Source: an uncultured archaeon (GTDB lineage Archaea > Asgardarchaeota > Lokiarchaeia > Sigyniarchaeales > SOKP01). Taken from it: a stretch of 64,000 nucleotides of DNA. Shown here piece by piece: positions 31,231 through 41,855 of the stretch. The stretch covers positions 51,141 through 115,140 of the forward strand of contig CAZWEM010000008.1 in NCBI GenBank assembly GCA_964632315.1. Direction: 5' to 3'. The notes beneath the pieces are model-generated. The model was given only the letters and a program-made list of their open reading frames with translations, did not search any database and was not told the DNA's origin. The position numbers and the translations under genes are program-made. Every line of letters starts with the position of its first letter. Positions within the stretch are counted from its first letter, which is position 1.

Positions 31231-33960
31231 ATGATTAATCTAGATGATTTCGAGAAATTTGGCGCCATAAAACCTATAATTGAAAAAATAAACAAATACT
31301 ATGCTAAAAACAAGAAAGATAAAATCCTTAAACTATTAGGAGATTTATCTGAACTAATGGATCAAGAGGAAAATTTAATCCCCATTACTTATATCTTTAG
31401 TCTCATTGCTGAAAAAGATGTGGAATTAATTCCTGACAACATTTTTTCCACATTAGGAGATTTATTAGAAGGAGACGATAATAAAGCAAAATTAAATTCT
31501 ATTAGTGTATTAGGTTTCAGAATGTTAAAGAGACCTGAATCTGAGGATGATTATTTAATTCAATTTATCAATCTTTTGAACGATGATGATAAGGATGTTA
31601 GAGAAAATATCTATTACTTTCTACAAAATTTAAAAGACTTTAAAGCTCGTTCACTCTGCAGATTTAAAGTACAATTTATAGAGGCAATTCAAAATGAAGA
31701 TGTCGATGATAATATCTTATCCATCATAAATATTTTAATTCAGTGCTCTAATTTTTCGTTTCAAGAATTATTAACTTTAAGAATGGTTATTAAGGAATTA
31801 TATAGTCGTTATTTTAACAAGAGCGAAACGATGATATCATCATTAGACTTTCTAACCGAAGTATGTTATGCAAATTTAAATTTAACAGAAGAATTCAAGA
31901 CTCAGGATCTTAAGCATAAACTAAAATCTCTTGACAACCTTTTCTTAATGAAAAAGGAAACTTATCCCCTTTCTGAGAGTAATAAAGTGAAGAAAAAAAG
32001 AAAGAGGATTAAACAATTAAAACTTGAGGATCAAGTTGTTTATTTCTACGTAAAAATTGCTGAGGAAAAAGCATATTATTTCTATGAATTTGAAAAGAGT
32101 AAGCTCACTTCAATATTTTCGCAAGCGCGTTTATCTAGCGAGGATTTAAGTAAAATTTTCGATCCGATAGTAGATGATAACCGAGAAATACAAGTAATAA
32201 TCAATACACTCTTAAGGTTCAATCATATCGAGGGATATTATTCTGATTTAGGATTTTTTTATCCCTTAGAATTTATCACTAGTGAATTTCAGAGAAAAAT
32301 CCAAGAGAATGGTATGATAAATTTAAAAAAATATGATTATTTCCCAATTAATTTTATCGAAAAGGTAATTAAAGATATCTCAAATAGCTCCAAAGAGGTG
32401 TTATTAAAAGGAAAAAACGAAACTGCGTATTATTCCTTAAAAAGGATCGTTGAACAAATTAATAAAGAAGCAGCAAAAAGCAGTTCTATTGATTTACAAA
32501 CATATAAAGAGAGATTACCGAGTGAAGAATATCATAAATTAGTCAAAAATCTTCCTAAGGAATATTTAACAGAATATCATAAAGACACCCATTGGATTAC
32601 AAATTTAGGGTTATTAAAAATTAACCAAGAAATTGAAAACTCTAAAATATTAGGTTATCTCTCTATTCCAAATGTAGCTGAGAAATACCACATATCAAAA
32701 ACGATTTTGGAGGAAGTAATAGAAAATTTAATTGATTTCAGGAGTGGTGTATTTGACATGAATAAGAATGTTTTTTATTATTCACGATTTCTTAAAGATG
32801 AAATAGATAAGATAAATTTGATTAAAAATGTTGAGATAAAAGCAAAACGTATTAATCAGCTAGCTCAAAAACTCAATATCAAGAAAGAAAAGATCTTATC
32901 AAAAATAGATGAAAATCTTAGGTTACTTGGAGAAGAAATTAAACAAAAAGATCAAATTAATATTCCTTCCTATTTAGAAAAGACTGGAATGAATTTCAAG
33001 GCCTTTGTAAACTTCATAAAAGACTTAGATATTTCATATTTTAAGAAAGGAGATACTCTTGTATTGGATGAAAAAAAGGTTAATGAAGCAAAAGTGGAAT
33101 TAAAAGAAATTTTAGTTCAAGAAACACAATCAAGAAACTCTTTTCTTTTAACAGAATTCGACATTAGTACTAAAATAGTAAAAGATTTGTTAGCAGAATT
33201 AATTCAAGAGGACAAAATTAAAGGTATTTTTTACAATGATCAAGGAGAATTACGTTTTTATAGCGAAAAGGGAATCATAAATATGATGATGGAGGAAAGT
33301 TTTCTTTTCACTTTGACTGACTTTTTTCCGGATAAAGAGCTCTTTGAAGAAGAACTCAATCTAATGAAATCTACAGTAAAAGAATTAATGAATTCTAAAA
33401 AGTTGAACGGAACATTCGATCCAGATTCATTAACTTTTTCCAGTAATGATGTTGTATTCGCTCAGAATTATAATACAGTTTTAAGCGAATTTGAAAAGAC
33501 AGTCATTAATTATAACTCGATAATGCTGAATGAATTCAATAAAGTCAAAACTATTTTAACAAAGAAAGAACAAACTATTTTTCCTCAAGAAATTAAATTA
33601 ATTCAGGACACGATTAATCGCATGAATGAGAAATCAATTAAATGGAGGCACGAATTAGATGCATTCATTAGGAGAGCAAATACAGAATTATTGAAGAAAC
33701 AAGGATACTCTATTAGAAGGTATAAAGAAGCAAATTCCATATTAGAATCAAAAGATAACATTAAGTTTTTTGAAGATGATACTAGCGTTAAAGAATTGAT
33801 GGCTCAATTCAATAAGTGGATAAAATTATTCAATAATATTGAGTTAAAATATGGCAATGTCATATTTTATCAAAAACGTGTTATAAATGACCCCTCTAAT
33901 CAATCTAATAAAGAAAGGTTAAACCTTTTATTGGCTGAATTAAATATGGATAGAGAATAG
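31231..33960 (+). CDS. Large protein: HEAT/ARM-like N-terminus, tandem winged-helix/PCI-like repeats, C-terminal coiled coil
   Basis: LL.DDDKDVR HEAT-like repeats; GYLSIPNVAEKYHIS..LEEVI, LLAELIQEDKIKG, ELMNSKKLNGTFD. Confidence 0.65.
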   Translation: MINLDDFEKFGAIKPIIEKINKYYAKNKKDKILKLLGDLSELMDQEENLIPITYIFSLIAEKDVELIPDNIFSTLGDLLEGDDNKAKLNSISVLGFRMLKRPESEDDYLIQFINLLNDDDKDVRENIYYFLQNLKDFKARSLCRFKVQFIEAIQNEDVDDNILSIINILIQCSNFSFQELLTLRMVIKELYSRYFNKSETMISSLDFLTEVCYANLNLTEEFKTQDLKHKLKSLDNLFLMKKETYPLSESNKVKKKRKRIKQLKLEDQVVYFYVKIAEEKAYYFYEFEKSKLTSIFSQARLSSEDLSKIFDPIVDDNREIQVIINTLLRFNHIEGYYSDLGFFYPLEFITSEFQRKIQENGMINLKKYDYFPINFIEKVIKDISNSSKEVLLKGKNETAYYSLKRIVEQINKEAAKSSSIDLQTYKERLPSEEYHKLVKNLPKEYLTEYHKDTHWITNLGLLKINQEIENSKILGYLSIPNVAEKYHISKTILEEVIENLIDFRSGVFDMNKNVFYYSRFLKDEIDKINLIKNVEIKAKRINQLAQKLNIKKEKILSKIDENLRLLGEEIKQKDQINIPSYLEKTGMNFKAFVNFIKDLDISYFKKGDTLVLDEKKVNEAKVELKEILVQETQSRNSFLLTEFDISTKIVKDLLAELIQEDKIKGIFYNDQGELRFYSEKGIINMMMEESFLFTLTDFFPDKELFEEELNLMKSTVKELMNSKKLNGTFDPDSLTFSSNDVVFAQNYNTVLSEFEKTVINYNSIMLNEFNKVKTILTKKEQTIFPQEIKLIQDTINRMNEKSIKWRHELDAFIRRANTELLKKQGYSIRRYKEANSILESKDNIKFFEDDTSVKELMAQFNKWIKLFNNIELKYGNVIFYQKRVINDPSNQSNKERLNLLLAELNMDRE

Positions 33961-33973
33961 TAGAATTTCGAAT

Positions 33974-34261
33974 CTAATTGTCTCGCTTTTTTAATATATC
34001 ATCAATGATTTTGTCAACATCTAACTTATGATTCTGTTTAATGTTATACGTCTTAGGGTGGAATGACCCATTTATTTCTAAAATTCCTTCTTTTTCAAGA
34101 CAATCAAGTGATCTCCAAATAAAATTAATTTTTGATCGATTTGAAGATTTAACATTATTACACCTTCTTATTCGCTTAGTGTCTACCCTATAAACCTTAT
34201 TATCTATAAGTTTATTTATTGCTTCTAAAGTATCTCGAAGATTTTTCAAGAAGAAGTCCAT
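33974..34261 (-). CDS. Small basic winged-helix-like protein
   Basis: 95 aa, FIWRSL..LEKEGILEI...PKTY. Confidence 0.6.
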   Translation of the reverse strand: MDFFLKNLRDTLEAINKLIDNKVYRVDTKRIRRCNNVKSSNRSKINFIWRSLDCLEKEGILEINGSFHPKTYNIKQNHKLDVDKIIDDILKKRDN

Positions 34262-34423
34262 CGAAAGAGCAAGTCCCTCTTTTAATATAAATTACCTAGT
34301 ATATGAAATTTATACTTAAATCTATATAAAGTTTAGGGAAATGTAGAATTTAGAATTTGGGAAGGAGTTGAGAGATTTTTACATCTGCTCATGATAATTA
34401 ACGTGTAAAGAGTCAAAGTTTAA

Positions 34424-36028
34424 TTAATGTCGGAACACTCTCTTTCCACAAAAGACTAATGCACATCCTAATTCATTTGCCTTTTTAATAACATCATCAT
34501 CTCGTATCGATCCTCCGGGGTTAATGATTGCTTTAGCACCCGCCTCTACTGCTGCTTCTAATCCATCTGGAAAAGGAAAGAATGAATCTGTGCCCATAAA
34601 TGAATTAATAAGAGCACTTTCATGTCCAAATTCTAATGCTTTTTGAATAGCTAATTTCACGACGTGAACTCGACTCTGTTGACCTGCCCCGATCCCAATT
34701 GTGTATATTCCCGTGTCATAAGTTTGAGCAAAGCATGCAGAATTTGATTTTGCCCATTTTGAAACGTTATAAGCAAAGATTAATGCTTCTTTATCTTTTG
34801 GTTCTAACTTTTTATCGCTAACTACATTCCAATCCTTTATGAGTGGTTTGTGATCGTATTCTTGAATAAGCATGCCTCCAAGAGTCCCCCTATAATCCAA
34901 ATTCTGATATATTTCTTCGCGATGTTTTAGAAAGTCTCCAAATTCTAAAATTCTCATGTTTTCTTTTGTTTGAAGAATTTTGAGAGCTTTCGGATCATAT
35001 GATGGTGCCATTATGACTTCGACAAATATTTTTTTTTTATTTACGATGTAGTCCGCCACCTCAACGGTAACTGGTTTATTATATCCCCAAATTCCTCCAA
35101 AAGCAGATAAAGGATCGCAGCTAAACGCCATTTCCACTGATTTCATTAATGATTTTCTGTCTATCGCTACACCATTAGGAGTCGTATGTTTCAGAATTGC
35201 GGTTGTATATTCTTCAGTTCCGAAGTCTAAGAGTAGTTGCAGACAAGAATCAATGTCTAAGTAATTATTAAAAGAAATTTCTTTTCCCCCTAGTTGCTTA
35301 AGTTGATGAAGACCATATTTTGCGGATAGATCTCGATAATAAGCGGCATCTTGATCCCAATTTTCTCCATAACGACAATCCTGCACCTTTTCATATGTTT
35401 TGTTAACAATTTTACTCATCTTTTCATCGGGATTGTATTTTCTATATAAGAAGTTTGAAATCGCGGCGTTATATTCCGCCATTATTGTAAAAACATCTTG
35501 TGCTAATTTAGCTCGAGTAATTTCGGTGATATCCCCCATATTTTCTCTTAATTCTTTAATAATTAAAGAATAATACTTAGGATGGGGTAATACAACGACA
35601 TCCATAAAATTTTTTGCCGCTGCTCTAATCATTGTTGGCCCCCCAATATCAATCATTTCTAAAGCTTTTTGGAAAGTAATATTTGGATTTGAGATCGCTT
35701 CTTTGAATTGATAGAGATTACATATTACCATATCTATTGGAGCAATATCATAATTTTTAGCATCTTCGTTATCTTGAAGATTGCTCCTTCGAAAAAGAAT
35801 TCCTCCCTCAATTTTAGGGTGAAGGGTTTTTACTCTTCCTTCAAACATTTCTGGAGATTCTGTATAATCAGAAATTTTTACATAATTTATTCCGTTTTTC
35901 TCTAAAAGGCTCCCAGTACCTCCAGTGGATAGAATTTCTATATTAAATTCGTCTTGTAATATTTTCGCAAAATCAACTACTCCAGTTTTATCAAATACTG
36001 AAATTATTGCTCGTTCTATTTTTTTCAT
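34424..36028 (-). CDS. purH: Bifunctional AICAR transformylase/IMP cyclohydrolase
   Basis: ISVFDKTG, STGGT, GRVKTLHP, IDIGGPTM, RYGEN, SFNNYLD, KH, DSFFPFPD, PGGSIRD, RVFRH. Confidence 0.97.
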   Translation of the reverse strand: MKKIERAIISVFDKTGVVDFAKILQDEFNIEILSTGGTGSLLEKNGINYVKISDYTESPEMFEGRVKTLHPKIEGGILFRRSNLQDNEDAKNYDIAPIDMVICNLYQFKEAISNPNITFQKALEMIDIGGPTMIRAAAKNFMDVVVLPHPKYYSLIIKELRENMGDITEITRAKLAQDVFTIMAEYNAAISNFLYRKYNPDEKMSKIVNKTYEKVQDCRYGENWDQDAAYYRDLSAKYGLHQLKQLGGKEISFNNYLDIDSCLQLLLDFGTEEYTTAILKHTTPNGVAIDRKSLMKSVEMAFSCDPLSAFGGIWGYNKPVTVEVADYIVNKKKIFVEVIMAPSYDPKALKILQTKENMRILEFGDFLKHREEIYQNLDYRGTLGGMLIQEYDHKPLIKDWNVVSDKKLEPKDKEALIFAYNVSKWAKSNSACFAQTYDTGIYTIGIGAGQQSRVHVVKLAIQKALEFGHESALINSFMGTDSFFPFPDGLEAAVEAGAKAIINPGGSIRDDDVIKKANELGCALVFCGKRVFRH

Positions 36029-36224
36029 CGTGAATCACGATATTAATGTTATCATTTATAATTATTATTTCAAGGTAAAGTTTATCAATGTAAAAAATTG
36101 ATTAGTATGGACTTAATAAAACGAATGAGTTATTATATTACGATATTAAAAAAAATAATATTAATTTGTTGTTCTTTTTCAATTTATGTAAATTCTTGCC
36201 TCAGTTCTTTAGCTCTTTTACCTT

Positions 36225-37559
36225 TCAGTTAAAATAATTTACTTTCATTATTCTAGTTATTTCTTCGTCAATAAGTTTCATTGGACTTAATCGATAGAGA
36301 AATCCTATGATAATTAATCCAATTATACTTGAAAAGATCAATAACATTTGAATTCCTATAAATTCCGCGATGATCCCAGAAAGAAATTGGCCTAATGGTC
36401 TTATTGCAGGTGCAATTGCCATAATAGCCGCCATAACACGTCCTAATTTCTCCTTAGGGATAAGTAATTGAATGCTTGTGATGAAAGCTACATCTATTAC
36501 AGCGGTTGGTAAAGCAAATAAGAAAATTACAATCCCAATTATCCAAAATCTAGCTTCGAAATTTGTTGGTATAAATGCAATAACTGCTTGACAAATATAC
36601 ATACAAACTATACCTAACATTAAAATTAGAACTGGCTTCTTTATATTTTTAACAAAAGACATTATTAAACCCCCAATTACTAATGCTGACTGAAACATTC
36701 CAACAACTAAGGCATAATCTGATTCAATACCTGAATAAATCTTGCTTACTAAAAGTGGTAACATTGCTTGTATAGGAGTGTTAAAGAAGTTAATAATCAA
36801 GGCTCCAAATAATAATGCAATTAATCCGTTTACTTTTCTTAAGGCATTAAATCCATCTAAGAATTGATTGATAAATGATTGATTTTTTTCTATTAAATTC
36901 GTTGGTACTAATGGAATCTTGATAATGATCAAAGTTATTAATGCAATGACGAATGTTCCAATATCTATCCACAAAATCATACCAATATTGATGTATGGAA
37001 TAGATAGTAGTATTGCTGCAATAAAAGGTCCAATAATATTTATAGCACCATTGAATAAGTAAGTTAAACCATTTATTCTGCTCAGTATTTTAGCTGGAAC
37101 CATTGTCGGAGTTATCGCCATTGAAATAGGTAACTGAAAGGCTTGACATGTACCTCTCGAGCCTAATAAGATCAAAATTATCATAACAGAAGTATAATTG
37201 GCAAAGAATAGAACTGATAAGAAAACTGTCAAAATTGCCTGAATCGCATCAAATGAAATGAGAAGGCTTTTCCTGTTAAATCGGTCAGCAATTACGCCAC
37301 TTAAGGGGGCAATTAAAATAAATGGGCCTAAGCTAAGAAGTGATGCTGTCCCCAATATGATTTCGCTTTGAGTCCTTATTGTTAGCCACCATATTATGAT
37401 AAATGATACAATTGAGGAACCTAAGAGGGATGCTTGTTGGCCTGCCCAATAAAGAATGAAAGATCCAAATTTCTTAGACTCATTAAACTCTTCTATTTCT
37501 AATTTATAATTTATTTTATTCAATTTTTCTTCACTCTCTTTTTTTTTATTTTGTTCCAT
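36225..37559 (-). CDS. MFS transporter (MefA/DHA3-like)
   Basis: WAGQ..SLLGS, GVIADRFNRK, 12 TM, LGRV. Confidence 0.9.
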   Translation of the reverse strand: MEQNKKKESEEKLNKINYKLEIEEFNESKKFGSFILYWAGQQASLLGSSIVSFIIIWWLTIRTQSEIILGTASLLSLGPFILIAPLSGVIADRFNRKSLLISFDAIQAILTVFLSVLFFANYTSVMIILILLGSRGTCQAFQLPISMAITPTMVPAKILSRINGLTYLFNGAINIIGPFIAAILLSIPYINIGMILWIDIGTFVIALITLIIIKIPLVPTNLIEKNQSFINQFLDGFNALRKVNGLIALLFGALIINFFNTPIQAMLPLLVSKIYSGIESDYALVVGMFQSALVIGGLIMSFVKNIKKPVLILMLGIVCMYICQAVIAFIPTNFEARFWIIGIVIFLFALPTAVIDVAFITSIQLLIPKEKLGRVMAAIMAIAPAIRPLGQFLSGIIAEFIGIQMLLIFSSIIGLIIIGFLYRLSPMKLIDEEITRIMKVNYFN

Positions 37560-37615
37560 TATGGAATAATTTCCTATATGAAATAATTGATAAATTATTA
37601 TTTAAAGTCTTCCAT

Positions 37616-37633
37616 TTTAGAATTAATTCTAAA
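37616..37633. promoter_or_regulatory. Perfect 18-bp palindrome, candidate operator
   Basis: TTTAGAATTAATTCTAAA between the divergent MFS and wHTH regulator genes. Confidence 0.5.
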
Positions 37634-37683
37634 TCGGCATATTTTTTAATGAATTATTTTTATTTATCAATAAGGAAAATAAA

Positions 37684-38466
37684 ATGGTAGATGAAGAAGT
37701 GGAAATCTCAAACGAAATTAAAAAAAGCTATGATGAAGCAATCTATGATGAAGTGAAATATGGTATATTAATTGCTCTTGAATTTTATAAATCTTTGAAT
37801 TTAAAGAAATTAGCAGAGATTTTAGATCGTCCAAAAACTACTACCTTGAGGTATCTAAAAAATCTTTTGAATGAAGGTTTGATAATATTAGATACTAATA
37901 AAACAGCAAAAGATTGGGGAAAATTTTATAAATTATCTCAAACAGTAGAATTTTTGATTGAGAGTAGGAAAAAGAAGACCCTAGAACGCGAAAAATGGAT
38001 TACAGATGAATTTGAAACCATAGATGAGAAAAATGATGAAGAAGTTAAAAATTTATTAGTTAGAGCAGCAATATCGAAAGAAGATTTTCAAGTTGGTTTA
38101 CAAGAAGCTAAGCAATCAATTTTTTTTATTACAAATGTGCAAAAAATGATAATTAATAAATTAATAATAACTTGGAAAGATTTAATGAAAATCTATGAAG
38201 ATAAAGGGATAGAACATCTTAAAGAAAGTCTTACTTTTTATCCCGCAGATGTTGAGATGAGGAGTACAACATTAAAACTTTATACACCTAGACAATTGAT
38301 TGATTTAATTAAATTATTCAATTCATGGAATGATGATCTTGTAAAAATTAAAGAGAGATTTGAGAATGAAATGGAAAATATGAATATCCCAGAGGAACAA
38401 AGACACGAATTCTTTTTATATTCTTTTCTAGGTTCTTTAGAATTTGGAGCCAAATTTAAAGATTAA
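37684..38466 (+). CDS. ArsR-like winged-helix transcriptional regulator
   Basis: SLNLKKLAEILDRPKTTTLRYLKNLLNEGLI...KFYKLS. Confidence 0.82.
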   Translation: MVDEEVEISNEIKKSYDEAIYDEVKYGILIALEFYKSLNLKKLAEILDRPKTTTLRYLKNLLNEGLIILDTNKTAKDWGKFYKLSQTVEFLIESRKKKTLEREKWITDEFETIDEKNDEEVKNLLVRAAISKEDFQVGLQEAKQSIFFITNVQKMIINKLIITWKDLMKIYEDKGIEHLKESLTFYPADVEMRSTTLKLYTPRQLIDLIKLFNSWNDDLVKIKERFENEMENMNIPEEQRHEFFLYSFLGSLEFGAKFKD

Positions 38467-38522
38467 TCTAAACTAATTTTTATTTTAAAAAGTGATTACT
38501 ATAAGGATAATAATTATGTGAC

Positions 38523-39989
38523 TTAAGTTAAATCGTGTGTTTTTGTTTCTTGTTGACCGAAAGGAGTTATTATTCCAACATTTGCCTTTTTCATTTCACT
38601 AATTGTTTTAGCTCCTGAATAAATCATTCCGTTTACTAAACCTTCTTTTAACGATTGAATGACACCGTCCACATCTCCAACATAGGGTATGTATGATGAG
38701 ACTCCTTCTGCAAGTGTCTTGGAACCTTCTATATACCTGTCAGACACAAATCCCGCGGCTCTAGCTTCTTTCGAACCCATTCCGCGATAAACTTTTACTT
38801 TCCTACCTTGAATTGTATCAATATAACCAGGACTTTCGGTACACCCCGCGAATAGATGCCCCGACATTATTAGATCTGCTCCTACTGTTAACGCTTTTGG
38901 TATATCTCCGGGATTCTTAAAACCTCCATCTGCTATAATGCCTATATTTTGATTGTAATCTTTCACAGCATCAGCCACTTGGGCTGTTGCAAATAAAGTT
39001 GGCGCCCCAACTCCAGTTTGAATCGAAGTAGTACAAATTGATCCGGAACCCATTCCCACCTTTAATCCAATAAAGTTTTCATTAAAATCACATTTCGAGA
39101 TGAGGTGTTCAGCAGCTTCATAGGTACCTATATTGCCCAATACAAAGTCAGAATCCAGTAAATTCATTAATTTTTTAGTGTTTTCAATGTCAACTTTTTT
39201 ATAAAAATCAGCAACGTCAATAAAAAAGATATCAACATATTTATCTAATTCTTTTAACATTGATTGAGCCTCAGTGGTGGTAGGATATTTCGCAGATAAC
39301 CCCAACGCACATAACAATCTTCCTTCTTGATCTAATGATGCGTTTGGAAATTCAGGCTTAAGATCCTTTTTAGTGATCAACCCTTTTAGATATCCATTAT
39401 CTATAATAGGTAATTTCTCAATTCGATTTTCATATAACATTTTAAGAGCTTGAGGTCTTGATGCACCAGGTTTAATCGAAATCACGTTTTTAGTCATAAA
39501 ATCTTTTAGTTTCCCTAATCTAATATCCTCTTCCTTATAGGGAATGTCTCTTTTAGTAAAAATGCCACATACTTTATCATTATCATCAGTTACCATTAAA
39601 CCACTAATTCCATAAGTTTCCATCATGAATTTAGCTTCTGCAACGGTAGTTCCAACATTAATAGTTGCTACTTCTTCTACGATAAAGGACCTTGCTAATT
39701 TCACTTTCCGACACATTTCAAGTTGTTTCTGAAAAGAACAGTTGCGATGCAATACTCCAAGACCACCTAAAAGGGCCATTTTAATCGCCATAACCTCTTC
39801 TGTAACTGTATCCATCGCAGCAGACATTAGAGGGATGTTAAAGTTGAATTTACCGAGTTTTGAACTTATATCTACCTCGTTTGGTTGAAAAGCAGTATAA
39901 CCCGGGGTTATTAAGATATCATCAAATGTTGCAATGATCTCATTATAATGAACTTTTTTTCTAAAATAATCTGTCATAATCCCAAACAC
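38523..39989 (-). CDS. guaB: IMP dehydrogenase with CBS pair
   Basis: TFDD, SAAMDTVTE, GGLGVLH, GMGSGSICTT (catalytic Cys), IADGG, YRGMGS, AEGV. Confidence 0.93.
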   Translation of the reverse strand: MFGIMTDYFRKKVHYNEIIATFDDILITPGYTAFQPNEVDISSKLGKFNFNIPLMSAAMDTVTEEVMAIKMALLGGLGVLHRNCSFQKQLEMCRKVKLARSFIVEEVATINVGTTVAEAKFMMETYGISGLMVTDDNDKVCGIFTKRDIPYKEEDIRLGKLKDFMTKNVISIKPGASRPQALKMLYENRIEKLPIIDNGYLKGLITKKDLKPEFPNASLDQEGRLLCALGLSAKYPTTTEAQSMLKELDKYVDIFFIDVADFYKKVDIENTKKLMNLLDSDFVLGNIGTYEAAEHLISKCDFNENFIGLKVGMGSGSICTTSIQTGVGAPTLFATAQVADAVKDYNQNIGIIADGGFKNPGDIPKALTVGADLIMSGHLFAGCTESPGYIDTIQGRKVKVYRGMGSKEARAAGFVSDRYIEGSKTLAEGVSSYIPYVGDVDGVIQSLKEGLVNGMIYSGAKTISEMKKANVGIITPFGQQETKTHDLT

Positions 39990-40154
39990 TTTTATTGTAT
40001 TGAGCTTGTGCCTTTTATTAATTATTAATATTATAGAGAATCTTTATTATAAAATATTATCACATTATCTTAGGTAAAATATATAGTTTTACTTGAAGAA
40101 TTATCCTTTAATTTGAAAAGGAAATTGAATAAGAAACCAAGAACCATTAATTAT

Positions 40155-41063
40155 TTACATTCTTGTTAAATTTTTACGAGGTAAATTTTGTATTCTTGGA
40201 TCATTTATCAGTGAGTCCAGCGTTTTTAAAAAGGCTTCCTTATCTTCTTTAATGTTAGAGCTTTCTAATCCAACATAATTGGAAACATGATCATTATACA
40301 CGTGGGAAGTTACATTTTCTCCTAACATTTTGATTATGTCTCTCTCTTCTTTAATACATTCCAAGGGAGATAATAATTGAAATTCTCCACTTTTCCATTC
40401 TTCCCACAGAGGAGTATAGGGAAGTATATTTAAAGTTCGAAATCTAAAAATAGTAGGATTTATTTCTGTTAAAACTCTCGCCGTTTCAATTGTATGTTCT
40501 GAACTTAATTTCTTTCCGCCGAGTCCAAGTAGGACATAGAGACTCAATTGTATGCCTGCCTTTAAAATTTTCTTTCCTGCCTTTATCATCGTTTCCGCAT
40601 TTGTTCCTTTCTTCATTATTCTAAGGATTTTACTGCTGCCACTTTCTAAACCCATATATACTATATCCAATCCAGCTTCTGATAAATTCTTCAATTCTTC
40701 ATCTGTTTTTCTAACGATATCAAGAGATTTAGCATAACAACTAACTCTTGGGACATTTTTAAGACGAAATCTCACATATTTAATAATTTTTACGAGGTAA
40801 TCAGTGGGAGCTGAAGTTGGATTCCCTCCAGCAAGAAAAACTGGATATCCGTGATAATTTTTTTCAGCATAACGATCGATATCTAGTAATACATCCTTTA
40901 AAGGACGTATTTCATAATCTTGTATGGTTCCATATACTCCTTTATAAGTTGAGCAAAATCGGCATCGGTTCCAAGAACATCCACCTGTGACAGCGATTAA
41001 AACAGAATACGCTTCAACGGGGGGGCGGATTACGATTTCACTCGCTGGTATTTTGATGGTCAT
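40155..41063 (-). CDS. Radical SAM protein (RPPxEA-type family)
   Basis: IRPPVEAYS, GCSWNRCRFC, GLESG. Confidence 0.88.
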   Translation of the reverse strand: MTIKIPASEIVIRPPVEAYSVLIAVTGGCSWNRCRFCSTYKGVYGTIQDYEIRPLKDVLLDIDRYAEKNYHGYPVFLAGGNPTSAPTDYLVKIIKYVRFRLKNVPRVSCYAKSLDIVRKTDEELKNLSEAGLDIVYMGLESGSSKILRIMKKGTNAETMIKAGKKILKAGIQLSLYVLLGLGGKKLSSEHTIETARVLTEINPTIFRFRTLNILPYTPLWEEWKSGEFQLLSPLECIKEERDIIKMLGENVTSHVYNDHVSNYVGLESSNIKEDKEAFLKTLDSLINDPRIQNLPRKNLTRM

Positions 41064-41178
41064 TATAAATCAATTAAAGATTGTAATTAATCATATTAAG
41101 TTTATTATTTAATAAATTTAGATTTGAGGGTTATGTAATTTAATAAAATTTTTTTTTGAAGTAATATTTTATTTTATA

Positions 41179-41841
41179 TTGACCTTTTTTCATGAAAATG
41201 TGTCAAAATCAGTAGTAAAAATTAAGGTATTTGAATTGAAAAGAATTACAATTCAAGAAAAACAAATCATATATTCTTTTAAAATTGTCATTATTGGGGG
41301 CCCAGGAGTGGGTAAGACATGTTTGTTTAATCGATTTTGTTTCAATTCGTTTAATTTTGACACTTCAATGACTATAGGACTCAATTTTCATTCAATCGAT
41401 ATCCCGATTTATAATTCGGAAAATTTAGATTCAAATACTGAATTTTTTGTCTCAAATTCGATTTTTGATTTTGGAGGACAAGAACGTTTCACGCCTTTAA
41501 TTCCGAAATTCCTTCGAGGGGCAGATGGAACGATCTTAGTTTTTGATCTTTTAAATAAAAAATCCTTAGAACAACTTGATTTTTGGTATAATCAATTAAT
41601 TAAACACGCGAACGGTTTGGATATTCCGAAAATCCTTGTTGGAAGTAAAAGTGATCTAATCTCTAAGTCTGGGGAGAATAAGAAAATTAATAAGAAATTG
41701 ATTTATAATTTTTTGAAGTTAAAAAATTTAGATAGTTATTATCTTACCTCTTCCTTGGAAAATTATAATGTGGTTGAAGTATTTAAAGAGTTAAATGACT
41801 TAATGCTAAGGAAGCATGAATCTAAATTTAGACTCGGTTGA
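41179..41841 (+). CDS. Rab-like small GTPase
   Basis: GGPGVGKT, TIG, FDFGGQERF, GSKSDL, TSS; start uncertain. Confidence 0.9.
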   Translation: MTFFHENVSKSVVKIKVFELKRITIQEKQIIYSFKIVIIGGPGVGKTCLFNRFCFNSFNFDTSMTIGLNFHSIDIPIYNSENLDSNTEFFVSNSIFDFGGQERFTPLIPKFLRGADGTILVFDLLNKKSLEQLDFWYNQLIKHANGLDIPKILVGSKSDLISKSGENKKINKKLIYNFLKLKNLDSYYLTSSLENYNVVEVFKELNDLMLRKHESKFRLG

Positions 41842-41855
41842 GAAAATAATTATTA

